Assembly: GCA_036785375.1 (NCBI GenBank)
Contig: JAWMAR010001182.1
Location: 62,001-126,000 of the forward strand
Length of the DNA: 64,000 nucleotides
Source of the DNA: Leucoraja ocellata
Taxonomy: Eukaryota
Direction of reading: 5' to 3'
Part shown: piece after piece, positions 24,830 through 36,705 of the stretch
Layout of the letters: every line of letters begins with the position of its first letter
Position numbering within the stretch: the stretch's first letter is position 1
Translations under genes and position numbers: made by a program
Notes under the pieces: model-generated
Seen by the model: the letters and a program-made list of their open reading frames with translations, nothing else
Told to the model about the DNA's origin: nothing
Databases searched by the model: none

Positions 24830-27196
24830 ATGAGTTGGAAGTGGCACTTGGAAGTGGAATATTATTATTATCCAATTCTGGCAGCAATCGGAGTACCCGG
24901 TAGGTGAAGGGAACGCTGTAAGTGGGACTGAGATGTGGGATGATGTGTTGATAAAGACAATGTCAAAGGTAAAGTGTAAATAGTGTGCGAAACACGGGAA
25001 TGCTAGACTGCATTCTTCAGGTTAGGGCGGTATTTGAAAATGTTTGTTTAAGAAATTACTGCAGTTGCTGGAGATAATCGAATCTAGACAAGAATGCTGG
25101 AGAATTATACAGCGGGTGAAGCGGCATCTATGAAGCGAAGGAATAGGTGACGTTTCGGGTCGAGGCTGATCAGTCTGAAGAAGGGTCTGGATCCGAAACG
25201 TTACCTATTCCTTTGTTAAGCTACTTGATCGTTGGTCGTACATTGGATCTGGCACATGTTAATTCTCTTCAGGTTTAGGTGCATTGTTGCCATGTCTCTC
25301 CGGGAGCTGCAAAAAGCTTTGGTTTGCAAGAAATCCAAATTAGATCAAATAATATTAAATAACAGTACAAACAATTCAATCTCAGTAACAGGTAGTGTAA
25401 GAGGTGAAATCGGAGTGCAGAGCGTAGTTCAAGTTTGGGAGCGCACTGCAGCGTATCACTTCCACAAAGCCCAATGTCCGCAAGGGGATAGAGGTGAAAC
25501 GGCAATGCCCTGGCATATGGAAGAGCGGCTCAGAAGCCTGACAACAGATGGGAAAGAGCTGTTCTGGAGTCTGGTGGAGCGAGCTTTAAGCCTTCTCCAT
25601 TTTCTGCCCGACGGAGCAGGAAGTAGAAGGAATGCGCGGGGTGAGACATGTCTCCGTTTCCAAAAGATTGTGAAGTGCAAACGCAGTCAACAGTGCGGAG
25701 TCCATTACGTGATATGGACCCGGCGTCTTCCAGAACCCTGTGCAATTTATTCTTTATGGGGCATAGATGGCCCTACAACAAGCTTTGTGCGGCACCGTTG
25801 TTGAGAATTATTGTGGAAGGGTGTTACCACTAATTCTATCGGTTTATTATTTAGGAAGTTGAGTATCCATTCGCAAGCTGGTGCACAGATCGCTGGGCTG
25901 TGGAGTTTATCAATGGGTTTGGATGGGAGTAGTGTTGAAGGCAAGTTCTCCAGCGGAGAAATGGGAATCTTACTTTCGACTCCTTTGTTGCCCGGCTGTT
26001 CCCGGGAAGGGTTTAGGTCCAGGACGATGGCGTCTGATGCGGACATGTTGCTGCAATATGCAGTCTGCGGTGCAACAAGTGTGGCTGGGAGACAGCTCAC
26101 GCTACCTGCGTAGACCGCTGCTAACTAATCCGCACAACTCCTTGGCAAGCACACAGGTTTGCATGTGGGCCAGTTGTTTTCGAACAAATAAGCAAAGCGT
26201 GCCTTAAATTGATCCCCGCCTCCAAATTAGCATCGTGTTTCCCTTACATGTAACTACAGTTTCCTCTTTTCTACACCCGCAGTGAACTTGCTGGCAATTG
26301 TGATCCTGTCGCGCAGAAATTGTGGTCTCTCCAAATGCACCACTCGGTACCTGGTGGCCATGGCAACTGTGGACCTCTCGGTGATCGTCTGCGAAGTGAT
26401 ATTACATCGGATTGCCGACCTTTACTGGGGGCACTCATTCCTCTTCCGCAATACTGTGTGCAGGTCCATTATGTTCCTCGCTCCCGCGGCCGTTGCCTGT
26501 TCTGTTTGGTTCACGGTCGCTTTCACATTTGATCGCTTTGTGGCCATTTCCACTCAGAATCTGAGAACCAGATACTGCACTGAGAGAAGCGCGCTGGTGG
26601 TTATAGTGACCCTAACTGCGTTCTTCTGTTTACTGAACGTCCCCTGGCCGTTTGCGTACATTTATTATTTCAGGGATCGTCAGGGTACACTGTGGGGTTG
26701 CCAAATACTATATCACTTCTACAGCCTATCCTTGTGGATAGCATTTTCCTGGACTCAACAGCTGCTGGTCCCAGTCATTCCATTTTGTTTGATTATGCTG
26801 ATGAACGTACTCACAATCAGACGCATTTTATTGGCCAGTCGTGTCCGCAGGAAACTCCGCGATCTCAGTAGTGAGGACCCCGAGATCGCAAACCGCAGAC
26901 GGTCCGTAATTTTACTCCTTGCAATCTCCAGCAGTTTTATGCTGCTCTGGGGCACAAACGTGGCATATTTCGTATCCTATCGATGTACGATTGCATTTAA
27001 GTACAGGGGGTTGAAGAACCCATTTGCAACATTTGAACAAACTGGAATTCTGCTACAATTGTTGAACACCTGCACAAACACGCTCATTTACACCGTGACC
27101 CAGAGGAGGTTCAGAGAGCATCTGCTCCAGGTACTCATGTACCCCTTCACCCTAACTGTACGTTTAATAAAATCGAGAAATCCTAGTGTAAAATAA
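24830..27196 (+). CDS. GPR139/GPR142-like GPCR copy 2; exon1 24830-24899, exon2 26283-27196; 327 aa
   Basis: Same 70-nt exon1, GT donor at 24900, CGCAG acceptor, open 7TM frame with DRF and NTLIY motifs. Confidence 0.9.
25138..25213 (+). repeat. Penelope-derived hairpin in GPCR2 intron (degenerate hammerhead-like core)
   Basis: CTGAAGAAGGGTCTGGATCCGAAACGTTA within the same inverted repeat. Confidence 0.6.
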
Positions 27197-29170
27197 CATT
27201 ACATTACTGATCCCTCCGTGAGGCAGTGCAAACACTAGGTAATGAAGGAGTTTTCTCTGAAACCATTGCGCATCAATTTTCAAAGAAATAGTTGAGAAAT
27301 AGAATCCGAACGCGTCCCCTGCACTGGAAAGCACATTTGGCCATCTATTTAACATGCGACACGGGCGCGTTGTTCAAAGTGCCCAGTGGGGAGGGCGGCC
27401 ATGTTTAACCGAGTTCTATGTTGTACTGGATCAGACCTCCAATGATTCCGGATTTGAGTCTCGCCGTTAACTGTTTGCACCTTCCTTTGAATCGAGGGGC
27501 AACGTCTCCAGTGCGCAATGAAAACAGACATAGAATTCTAGTCCTAAACATTGCATGCTCCATTACTCTACAATTCTTTGAGACGTCCCATGGTTACGTA
27601 TGTAAATGCCCAGTGCACAAATGTGTTTAATAAAATTCTTGCTGCAACATTTACGTTAATGAAAGTTCGATTTTATATTTGTTTCGCGCACTGAATGTAA
27701 TGCCTCGTTGCTTCTTCCAGAGGCTTTCGGTTTTCAGTACAATTAGTAACTCTGCATCAGATGCAGCCAAAGGTACTGGGTGCTATTCATACAAGTTGGC
27801 ATTACTAACTATATTTTTAATGCAAACGGTGTGTAACAAGGGAGTGTACAGTAGAGGGCGGTCAAGTGAGTAAGTTCACCTGTGTGGTAAAGATATGCTG
27901 AATCTATTTTCATTAATGTCCCACCTCCATTGATGCAGCGTCGACGCTGGAGCTCTGCCTATTTTAGAATCGAGGGAATGCTCAGAGAGTCGGATTTATC
28001 TCCTCCTGCAGGGCAAGGAAATGTGAGAAATCCATTAATTTATTTTCCCCACCGATGGCGGCTGAGATCTGTATAGCTCCAAATTTGAGTTGAGCACTCT
28101 CTCCCCAAATCCTCCTCTCCCGACGCGGTAACAATTACATTTTTACATATTCCGATTGACGTTTTTCCCCTCGAGTCCGAGACACATCCACTGAACATTT
28201 TATGCTTTATTTCTTGACTTATTACTGATTAAAAGTAAGTAAGAAGTTTAAAAACGTCAAAAGAATTTGACTTTAAATCGACCAGCTGCTTAGTGGCACG
28301 GCTAGCAGTGAACAGCGTCCCTGAAGATTTCATCCTATATTTCACGTTATTCGCGATTAAAACATTAAAATTGTCAACTTTCACAAGATTTTTACATATT
28401 CTGATCCACATTTATCCCCTCCAGGCAGAGAGCACCTTCGCTGAACATGAGATGCTTTGTTTTTCGGCATTACTGATTAAAGTTTAAAAAAATCAAAATA
28501 CTTTGAAAATTAAAACGGCTAGCTGCCACTGATGACGTCACGATGTCTCTGCGAGCAGTGATCATCTTCACTTACGTTCGGGAACGGCTTCTGTTGGAGG
28601 ACCACGCCTCCTGTGGGGGCTAGGGGTAGGGAACGGGTGCGTTGGGGGAGCAGACCTCATCGAAGCCTCTCATAACTTTACACACCTCAACCAGGTCTTC
28701 CTGCAATCTCCGACATTCCAGAGGGAAATAATCCAAATATGACCAATCTCTCCCTGCACCGCTAATCCAGCCACCATTCCGGTAAATCAGCAACTGCGGC
28801 TCTAAAACACGCTGATCTTAATAAATGTGTCCATTTTGCTGAATTGGCAAAGACATTCACTAACTGCTTTGCTACTGGTCACCAATTAGTACAGCGTGCT
28901 AGTTTAGTTAGTTTACATTAGTTCTTGATATGCGTGGACAGGGTAGACTGTCAGAACATTGATTTTCCCAACGGTCGGTTCTAACCGGGATGGCTGGACG
29001 AATGGAGCGACTGAGCTTGTATACACTGGAGTTTAGAAGGATGAGAGGGCATCTTATTGAAACATATAATGTTATTGAGTGTTTGGACACGCTAGAGGCA
29101 GGAAAATTGTTCCCGATGTTGGGGGAGCCCAGAACCAGGGCCACTGTTTAAGAATAAGGGGTAAGCCATT

Positions 29171-30235
29171 TAACCATATAACCATATAACCATATAACAA
29201 TTACAGCACGGAAACAGGCCATCTCGACCCGTCTAGTCCGTGCCGAACACGTATGCTGCCCTAGTCCCATATACCTGCGTTCAGACCATAACCCTCCATT
29301 CCTTTCCCGTCCCTATAACTATCCAATTTATTTTTAAATGATAAAAACGAACCTGCCTCCACCACCTTCACTGGAAGCTCATTCCACAGTGCCACCACTC
29401 TCTGAGTAAAGAAGTCCCCCCTCGTGTTACCCCTAAACTTCCGTCCCTTAATTCTCAAGTCATGTCCCCTTGTTTGAATCTTCCCTACTCTCAGTGGAAA
29501 AAGCTTATCCACGTCAACTCTCTCTATCCCTCTCATCATTTAAAGACCTCTATCAAGACCCCCCTTAACCTTCTGCGCTCCAAAGAAAAAAGCCCTAACA
29601 CTGTTCAACCTTTCTCTGTAACTTAGTTGCTGAAACCCAGGCAACATTCTATTAAATCTCCTCCGTACTCTCACTATTTTGTTGACATCCTTCCTATAAG
29701 CTTAAGGGACAGAAGTTTAGGGGTAATATGAGGGGGGACTTCTTTACGCAGAGAGTGGTGGCGGTGTGGAATGAGCTCCCAGTGGAAGTGGTGGAGGCAG
29801 GTTCATTGGTATCATTTAAAAATAAATTGGATAGGCATATGGATGAGAAGGGAATGGAGGGTTATGGTACGAGTGCAGGCAGGTGGGACTAAGGGGAAAA
29901 ATATTTGTTCGGCATGGACTTGTAGGGCCGAGATGGCCTGTTTCCGTGCTGTAATTGTTATATGGTTATATGGTTATATATATATATATATTAGGCGACC
30001 AAAATTGTACACCATACTCCAGAATTGGCCTCACCACGCCTTGTACAATTTTAACATTACATCCCAACTTCTATACTCAATGCTCTGATTTCTAAAAGCC
30101 AGCACACCAAAAGCTTTCTTTACCACCCTATCTACATGAGATTCCACTTTCAGGGAACTGTTCACAGTTATTCCCAGATCCCTCTGTTCACCTGCATTCT
30201 TCAATTCCCTACCATTTACCATGTACGTCCTATTT
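29171..30235 (-). mobile_element. CR1 family B 3' fragment, interrupted by an oppositely oriented family B 3' end (~29699-29980, +)
   Basis: (CCATATAA)n tail at 29173-29197; the paralogous copy at 44905-45680 is uninterrupted. Confidence 0.85.
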
Positions 30236-30590
30236 AGATGGAGATGCGGAAACAATTGTTCACACAGTGTAGTGAGTATGTGGTATTCTCTGCCTCAGAG
30301 GGCGGTGGGTATCGGTTCTCTGGATACTGTCAAGAGAGAGCTGGAGAGGGTTCTTAAAAATAGCGGAGTCAGGGGATATGATGAGAATGCAGGAACTGGG
30401 TACTGATTGGGGATGATCAGCCATGATCACATTGAATGGCGGTGTTGGCTCGAAGGGCCGAATGGACTACTGCTGCACCTATTGTCTATTGATAGGAAGC
30501 TAATCAGCTATTTTCCATCTCCGTCTTATCTGCAGTATCTTCTCTCTCCGCTTCCAGACCCATAAACTAATTTATTGCACAAACACATGT

Positions 30591-31363
30591 CGATAGATAG
30601 AGATAGATAGATATATGTTACTTTATTAATCCCCTTATTCAGGGGAAATTCAGATGTCCTTGCACACTAATAAAAATACAACATAGCATTCAAGAAGGTT
30701 AACATTAAAACTTAAAAACATCCCCCCACAATGATTCCCACTGGGTGAAGGCACAAAGTCCAGTCCCCATCCTCTTGTCCACCCAGAGTCGGGCCTATTG
30801 AGGCCTCCACAGTCGCCGTTACGGGGCCCGATGTTCCCGGCCGTTCTCGCCGGGTGTTGGTACTCCGGCGTCGGGAGAACCTTCAGCGGCTTGGGGTACC
30901 AGGAACGGCCGCCCTCCTACCGGAGACCACGGCTTCCAAGCCAACAGACCGAGCCGAACGGAGCCCCACACACTGGCGATCTCGGCGAGAGATCCCAGGC
31001 TCCGGTATGTAAAGTTCAGCGCCGCAGCTGGCCGGTCCACAGAACCGCGGCTGCACGATGTTAGTATCGGCGGTCGCTCCGCAACAGCGCGCCACCGCCG
31101 CGCCGCCGCCGAAGCCGAGGTTCTGGCCAGGTCCCCTCAGGAAACGTCGCTCCAGGACCCGCTGGTAGGCCGCGAGGACTGGTCGAATGTGCTGCTCGGA
31201 GGAAGGCAGCCTCTCCGACAAGGTAGGGACATGAAAAGCAGTTTCCCCCTCCCCCCCCACCGCCCCCCACACATAAAAAGATTAGCCCCCCCCCCAACTA
31301 AACACTTTAGCGTACTAAAAATAATTTAAAAAAAAGAAGTGAAAGAAAACGGACAGCTGCAGG
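30591..31363 (-). mobile_element. GC-rich non-autonomous retroelement with (TATC)n tail and 6-bp TSD ACATGT
   Basis: ACATGT at 30585-30590 and 31364-31369; empty site CACATGTGTTAC in paralogous cassettes (~16995, ~46020, ~57975). Confidence 0.75.
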
Positions 31364-31579
31364 ACATGTGTTACTTTTTAAGCTAGGGGGCTCGACTGTG
31401 GCAAGTAAATTGACAGGCACAATCCTCGGCAACAAGCAGGATCGTTTCGTTGAACACCTCCGCTCAATTCGCCTCCAACGTGTCCAATCCCTTAATAATC
31501 TATTATGTTTAAAAATATACCCTCTCATCCTACTAAATTCCAGTGTATACACGCCCAGCCACTCCATTATATTCACATA

Positions 31580-32360
31580 TTCAGATTCAGATTCAGATTC
31601 AGATTCAACTTTAATTGTCATTGTCAGTGTACAGTACAGAGACAACGAAATGCAGTTAGCATCTCCCTGGAAGAGCAACATAGAATACGATTCCAATAAA
31701 TAAATCTATTTACATGCATACAGTCATAGTGTTTTTCCTGTGGGAGGAGTGTCCGGGCGGGAGTGGTGGGTGGGGGGGTGGGGTGGTGATTGGCAGTCAC
31801 CGAGGTACATGGTTGAGTAGTGTGAGGGACCGGTGATGCGTTGGTCAATGTTCATCACCCTCTGCAGTGCTTTCCGGTCGGAGACAGAGCAGTTGCCATA
31901 CCATACTGTGATACAGTTGGTAAGGATGCTCTCGATGGTGCAGCGGTAGAAGTTCACCAGAATCTGAGGAGACAGGTGGAATTTCTTCATTCTGCTCAGG
32001 AAGAAGAGACGCCGGTGAGCCTTCTTGACCAGAGTTGAGGTATTGTGGGTCCAAGAGAGGTCATCGGAGATGGTTGACCCCCAGAAACCTGAAGCTGGAA
32101 ACACGTTCCATCTCCGTCCCGTTGATGTGGATGGGGGTGTGCGTGCCGCCCCTAGACTTCCTGAAATCTGCAATGAGCTCCTTGGTCTTCTTGGAGTTAA
32201 GTATCTAAGTAGTTGTCAGCGCACCATGCTGGTAGGAGCTGGACCTCCTCCCTATAGGCCGACTCATCGTTGTTGCTGATGAGGCCAATCACCGTTGTAT
32301 CATCTGCATACTTAATGATGCTGTTCAGTCGTAGGTGAATCTGAATCTGAATCTGAATCA
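31580..32360 (-). mobile_element. Rex1/Babar-like LINE fragment
   Basis: ORFs IIKYADDTTVIGLI and VKKAHRRLFFL..NFYRCTIESILTNCITVWYG; (ATCTGA)n tail. Confidence 0.8.
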
Positions 32361-33149
32361 GAATGACCATATTTGCTCCTATACTCAATTCCACTTGTTA
32401 TGAAGGCCAACGTGCGATTAGCTTTCTTCATTGCCTGCTGTACCTGCATGCTTACTGTCAGTGAGTGATGTACAAGGACCCCAATTGATACCCATCACCT
32501 TCTCAAGAGCAAAAGTTTCCTTCCCGTTCCAGTTAAATATTTCCCCTCTCGCCATAAAACCTAATTCCTCTGGTTCTTGATACTCCAACTCTGGGTAAAG
32601 TACAAGATACAAGATACATTTATTTGTCACATGTACCAGTTCGTACAGTGGAATATGTGGTCACCATATAACCATACAATAAAATAAAGAACACAACACA
32701 CGATAGAGTCCAACATAAAACATCCCCACACAGCAGAATCAAAGTTTCCCACTGAGATTCACGTGTGATTCACGTTGTCCAATCGATAATGATTTCATAC
32801 ACTCAGCCTCCTCCGCCGAATGAAAATAGGCTCAAGATTTCAAAGGTCCGCCGTGGACACAGGCCCTTCTTCCCACATAATCTGCGCTTACCAACGATCA
32901 CCCCATACAGTGGCACTGTACTACAAGCTGGAGACAAGTTACAATTTGCAGATATTAAAAAAATACACATTTCGAGTCTGGGAAGAATCCGGTACACCCG
33001 GAGAAAACCCAGGCAGTCATCAGAATCTGAATCGGAATCAGAATGCGGTTTATTGTCATTATTGAGTCTTTGTTGAGGACATGCTTCAATGATGTGTTGC
33101 ATTGTTTGCTGCTCACCACATGCACACCGTGAGGTTGGACTGCCATTTA

Positions 33150-33935
33150 AACATAGGTTCAAACGAAATTACGTTCCTGCAGTCATAACAACAACAAAAA
33201 AACACAATTATCTCAATTGCACACAAACATCCATCACAGTGAATCTCCAAACAACTCCTCACTGTGATGGGAGGCAAAAGTATTATCTCTTCCCTTCTCT
33301 GTTCTTAATTCTTCTTCCGCAGTCTGGAAGTCAAATTGCTGCATCGAGCTGATCGAGGCTTTTGATGTTGGAGCCCCCGGGGGGCGATGGTAAGTCCCGC
33401 GCCGCGTCGGGCGATAGAGAGTCCTGCTACTGGTCGATTTAAACCCCTCGATTCGAGCGGGAGATGTTGCCGTTGCGCAAGCTCCGAAAAGCGGTCGCCC
33501 ACCAGGGACCTGCGAGCTCCCGATGTTACCGTCCACAGGGTCTGCGGCCGGAGCCTCAGCAGCCCCGAAGTCGGGTCGCAGCCGCGCGTCGCCACAGCGC
33601 TCCGCGCTCCGACGTCGGCCCGCTCCGCAATGGTGAGTCCGCATGATGTGCGACTGGAGCCCCGGGTCGATTCCGAATGGATCCCGCCGGCTGCACGACG
33701 TTAGTCCCCAACGACAACGGAGACTCGGCAGGGAAAATGTCGAGTTCGAGTCCCCGTACAGGGAAGAGATTTAAAAGCCCCCCCCCCCCCCCACCCACAC
33801 ACCTCCCCGCGCAAACGTCCTCCCTCCACACACACAAACACAGCTAATAAACCAAAACATACACCTAACAAGTCAAAAAGAAATAAAAGACAGACCATAG
33901 GGGCCGCTGCCGCGAGGCGCCGCCATTTTGTCCAA
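33150..33935 (-). mobile_element. GC-rich non-coding repeat starting CAAAATGGCGGCG (copies at ~48060-48855 and ~56030-56800)
   Basis: Shared among cassettes; AAATGGCG/AAGATGGCG 5' motif; poly-G tract; no conserved protein motifs. Confidence 0.5.
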
Positions 33936-34988
33936 ACGGGAGAATTTAGTAAATCGTTACTGTCAGCACCGTACTCAGGATCTAAACGGGTATCTGACAG
34001 TGTAATGCCCCTGTCCCACTTAGGAATTAGTTTACCTTCCGGTGGGTCTTCAGTGTAAGGGAGCAACTCTCCAGCTACGACACTATGCCGCCTAATTTAT
34101 TCCTACACTGCTCAAACTATCCTTTCTGCGAGGTCCCTCGAGGGAGTATAGTAGAGCTATGATCTAGTGAAGGTGTTGTCATGTTGCTGTTGTGGAGGAA
34201 TTCCCAGACTATAGCGATGCAGAGAAGTAATTCAGTACCGGCTCATGGAGCAAAAACAGTAATTACTGCATTAAGGTATTTGCACATTTGTGCAGTCACC
34301 CATTTGGAAAGGCGCCAGGTGTATTCAAAGGGTTTAATTTTACTTACCTCACGGGCATATCCATCAGGGTATTTATTTTAGCAGTTGCTGTAGCTATGCA
34401 TCTGGTGTCTAGTGATATATCCAGCGACACAGATCTGGATTACTCAGCAAGGCCCAATGGTGAACTACCCATCTGCATTACTGCATTCGCCATTTGTGTT
34501 AAATAGTTTGGTTTATTGACTTCCTATTCTTCCCGCGTCCCGGACAATTTTTCTGCAATAAGTGAAGGCCAATGACCACCTGAAATTAGAAAGTCTGTCA
34601 GGGTGTTGGTGAAGTGGAATTGGTTAACGTAATTGTGACAATTCCGGGCCAGCCAATCCTCCATCCAGTGACACCCTAGTTTGTCTGATTAAAACAGAAA
34701 ATTTTGCAGTTATTAAACAGGTTATCCAAGACTGAGAGAGAGTGAAACAGAACACACGTTTCAGATCTCTGGTCACATGTTCTATCTCGCTGTCATAAGA
34801 GCTCTTGTAATTCTCTGCAGCTAGCGGCTAATGTTATGGAAACGGATTCCGGAGAAGCAGCTCGCAGTTGGAAACAATAAAACCGCCAGCACACCTGCAC
34901 ACAATGAAAGCAAACCGACAACTGAGAGAGAACAGGAAAGCAGGCACATCCTACCGCATCAGCGGAGCAGAGAGCAAGACAAAGGCGA

Positions 34989-35026
34989 TGTTTTTGTAAG
35001 GGGCTTAACTTGTTTCCATCACTGTG
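34989..35026 (-). promoter_or_regulatory. Recombination signal sequence (23-class RSS, 22-nt spacer) of V1
   Basis: CACAGTG + ATGGAAACAAGTTAAGCCCCTT (22 nt) + ACAAAAACA (1 mismatch to consensus ACAAAAACC). Confidence 0.95.
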
Positions 35027-35497
35027 CGCCACAGTGCGCAGTAATAGACTGCAGAGTCGCTGAGATCCAGCCATGAGATACTCAAGCTGGTGAACTTAGT
35101 CGCGGCATTGAGCTCAATAGAGAAACGAGTATCCGCGTATTGGGCCTTATCTTCATTGTTCCTGGTGTCTCTCCACATAGTAAACTCGGGCTGCATGCCT
35201 GGATATTTTCGGTACCAGAATAAAGTATATGCTGTCCATGTGGTACCATAGTTACAGGTTAAAGTCACCGCTTCTCCTTTTGTCTTCGTCGCCGAGGGCA
35301 GTGGCTGTGTGACAGATTCTCCGTGAATGGTGACTGTAAAATAAATATATTGAGATAGTAACAGATACCTGAGTGCCATAAAATTGCACTTCTCAAGCCA
35401 AACTCTCACTGAGGAGGGCGAGGGGAACTGAAAATATTGATCCAGAATTACCTGTCAGAAACGCTCCCCACACAACACAGATGCCGATTAAACGCAT
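35027..35497 (-). CDS. T-cell receptor alpha/delta-type V gene segment (V1), germline, apparently functional; leader exon 35497-35452, intron 35451-35334, V exon 35333-35027
   Basis: 46-nt leader MRLIGICVVWGAFLT+G|GTAATT; TTTACAG acceptor. V exon reads VTIHG-ESVTQ...VTLTCNY...LFWYRKYP...RFSIEL...LSDSAVYYCALW, with both Ig-V cysteines and the Trp. RSS directly follows. Confidence 0.92.
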
Positions 35498-36439
35498 TTT
35501 ACCCGTTCACTCTGTACTAGCTGAGTTCCAAACTTGAAGAGACACAAACAGGAGCGTTTTCTCAGTCGAAGGGCGTCTGCTGGTCTCCCTGTCACTGCCC
35601 CGTGCCCCCAGCGATGTCGTCAGAGAAGTGGGTGGGCAGCGGGGTCTCAGCCAATTGAAATACACGTAGCCGGAATCCAGCTTTCTCCCCGAGAGTAGTC
35701 GCATCCGCTGGAACAAACCTTGGTTGAGGAAGGCATATTTGTTCTGGTAACCGGTAGTGAAGGTGCGAAGCCTGAGATTGTTAAGCGTAACAATAATAAG
35801 GTGCATATTCACAAATGGAATAGATCGGGTAAACTCACAGAGTCTCTTGGCCAGATTGGGGGGGCATCGAGAAACAGAGAACATAGATTGAAGTTGAGTG
35901 GGGAGGAAGATTTAATAGAGACCAGAAGTGCAACTTTTTCATGCAAAGGGGGCGGCGCATGGAACGCGCCGGCGGAGGTAGTAGGTAAGGCAGGTAAAAT
36001 CGCAAAGTTTAAGAATAACATTGACATGTACATGAGTAGAACTGATGTTGAGGGTTATGGGCGAAACGCTTGCGGGTAGGACAGGTGTGGATGGAACATG
36101 TTGGCGGGTGTGGGCATGCTGGGCCGAAGGGTATGTTTCAACGCTGTAAGACTCTATGATGCCTTGATTCTAAAAAAAAACACCACAGTATTATCGGCAT
36201 CCGTCCAAAGGCGACAGGCAGTGGTCAGATCTACAGTCGATTCGACTGTGTCGAGAAAATGGGAGTTATTACGATGTTTTGATATTTTCATTGAGAAATG
36301 CACGTGGTTTCTATATGAAGTAAATTACACGCAAAGCCGGAAGGATGTGCAAGGAGCCAATTTCAATCCGTTTTCAGTTCCACTCCCCTCCATCTGCCAC
36401 GTGTTGACCAATGCAATTAATTCCTGAGGACCTCACCCC

Positions 36440-36705
36440 ACCGAGTCCACACCAACCATCGATGACTCGATCACTTTCGTTCCATGTTATTCCACTTTTC
36501 CATCTATTCCTCACACACTTGGTGCATGTTTACACAGGCCAATTCACCTAAAATAACCACACGTATTTTGGATACGGGAGGAAATCAGAGCACCTGGACG
36601 ATACCGACACGGTCACAGCGAGACGGGAAAACTCCACTCAGACATTACCCGAGGACAGGATTGATCCCGGATCTCTGAAGCTTTGAGGCAGCAGCTGCGC
36701 CACTG
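36440..36705 (-). mobile_element. V-SINE (HE1-like) copy; paralog at ~54480-54750
   Basis: GGGAGGAAATCAGAGCACCTGG..CACGGTCACAG..AAACTCCAC core and AGGATTGATCCC B-box-like sequence. Confidence 0.6.

Noticed and set aside
31430-31480. DRFVEHLRSIR peptide (homologous DNA at ~17070, ~46095, ~57890)
   Set aside because: Tiny Penelope GIY-YIG-like remnant, not a gene.
33231-33270. Facing heptamers CACAGTG...CACTGTG (also ~48150-48182 and ~56664-56696) as RSSs or a D segment
   Set aside because: No nonamer at 12 or 23 nt on either side, the orientation is wrong for a D segment, and they form a hairpin inside an interspersed repeat.
35027-35497. V1 as TCR gamma (YYCALW ending), NAR-TCR supporting V, or an IgH-like V
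   Set aside because: SVTQ, CxYxT, LFWYRxYP and LSDSAVYYCAL plus the 22-nt spacer fit alpha/delta better. It has its own leader and no extra CDR1 Cys. Alpha versus delta use cannot be decided here.
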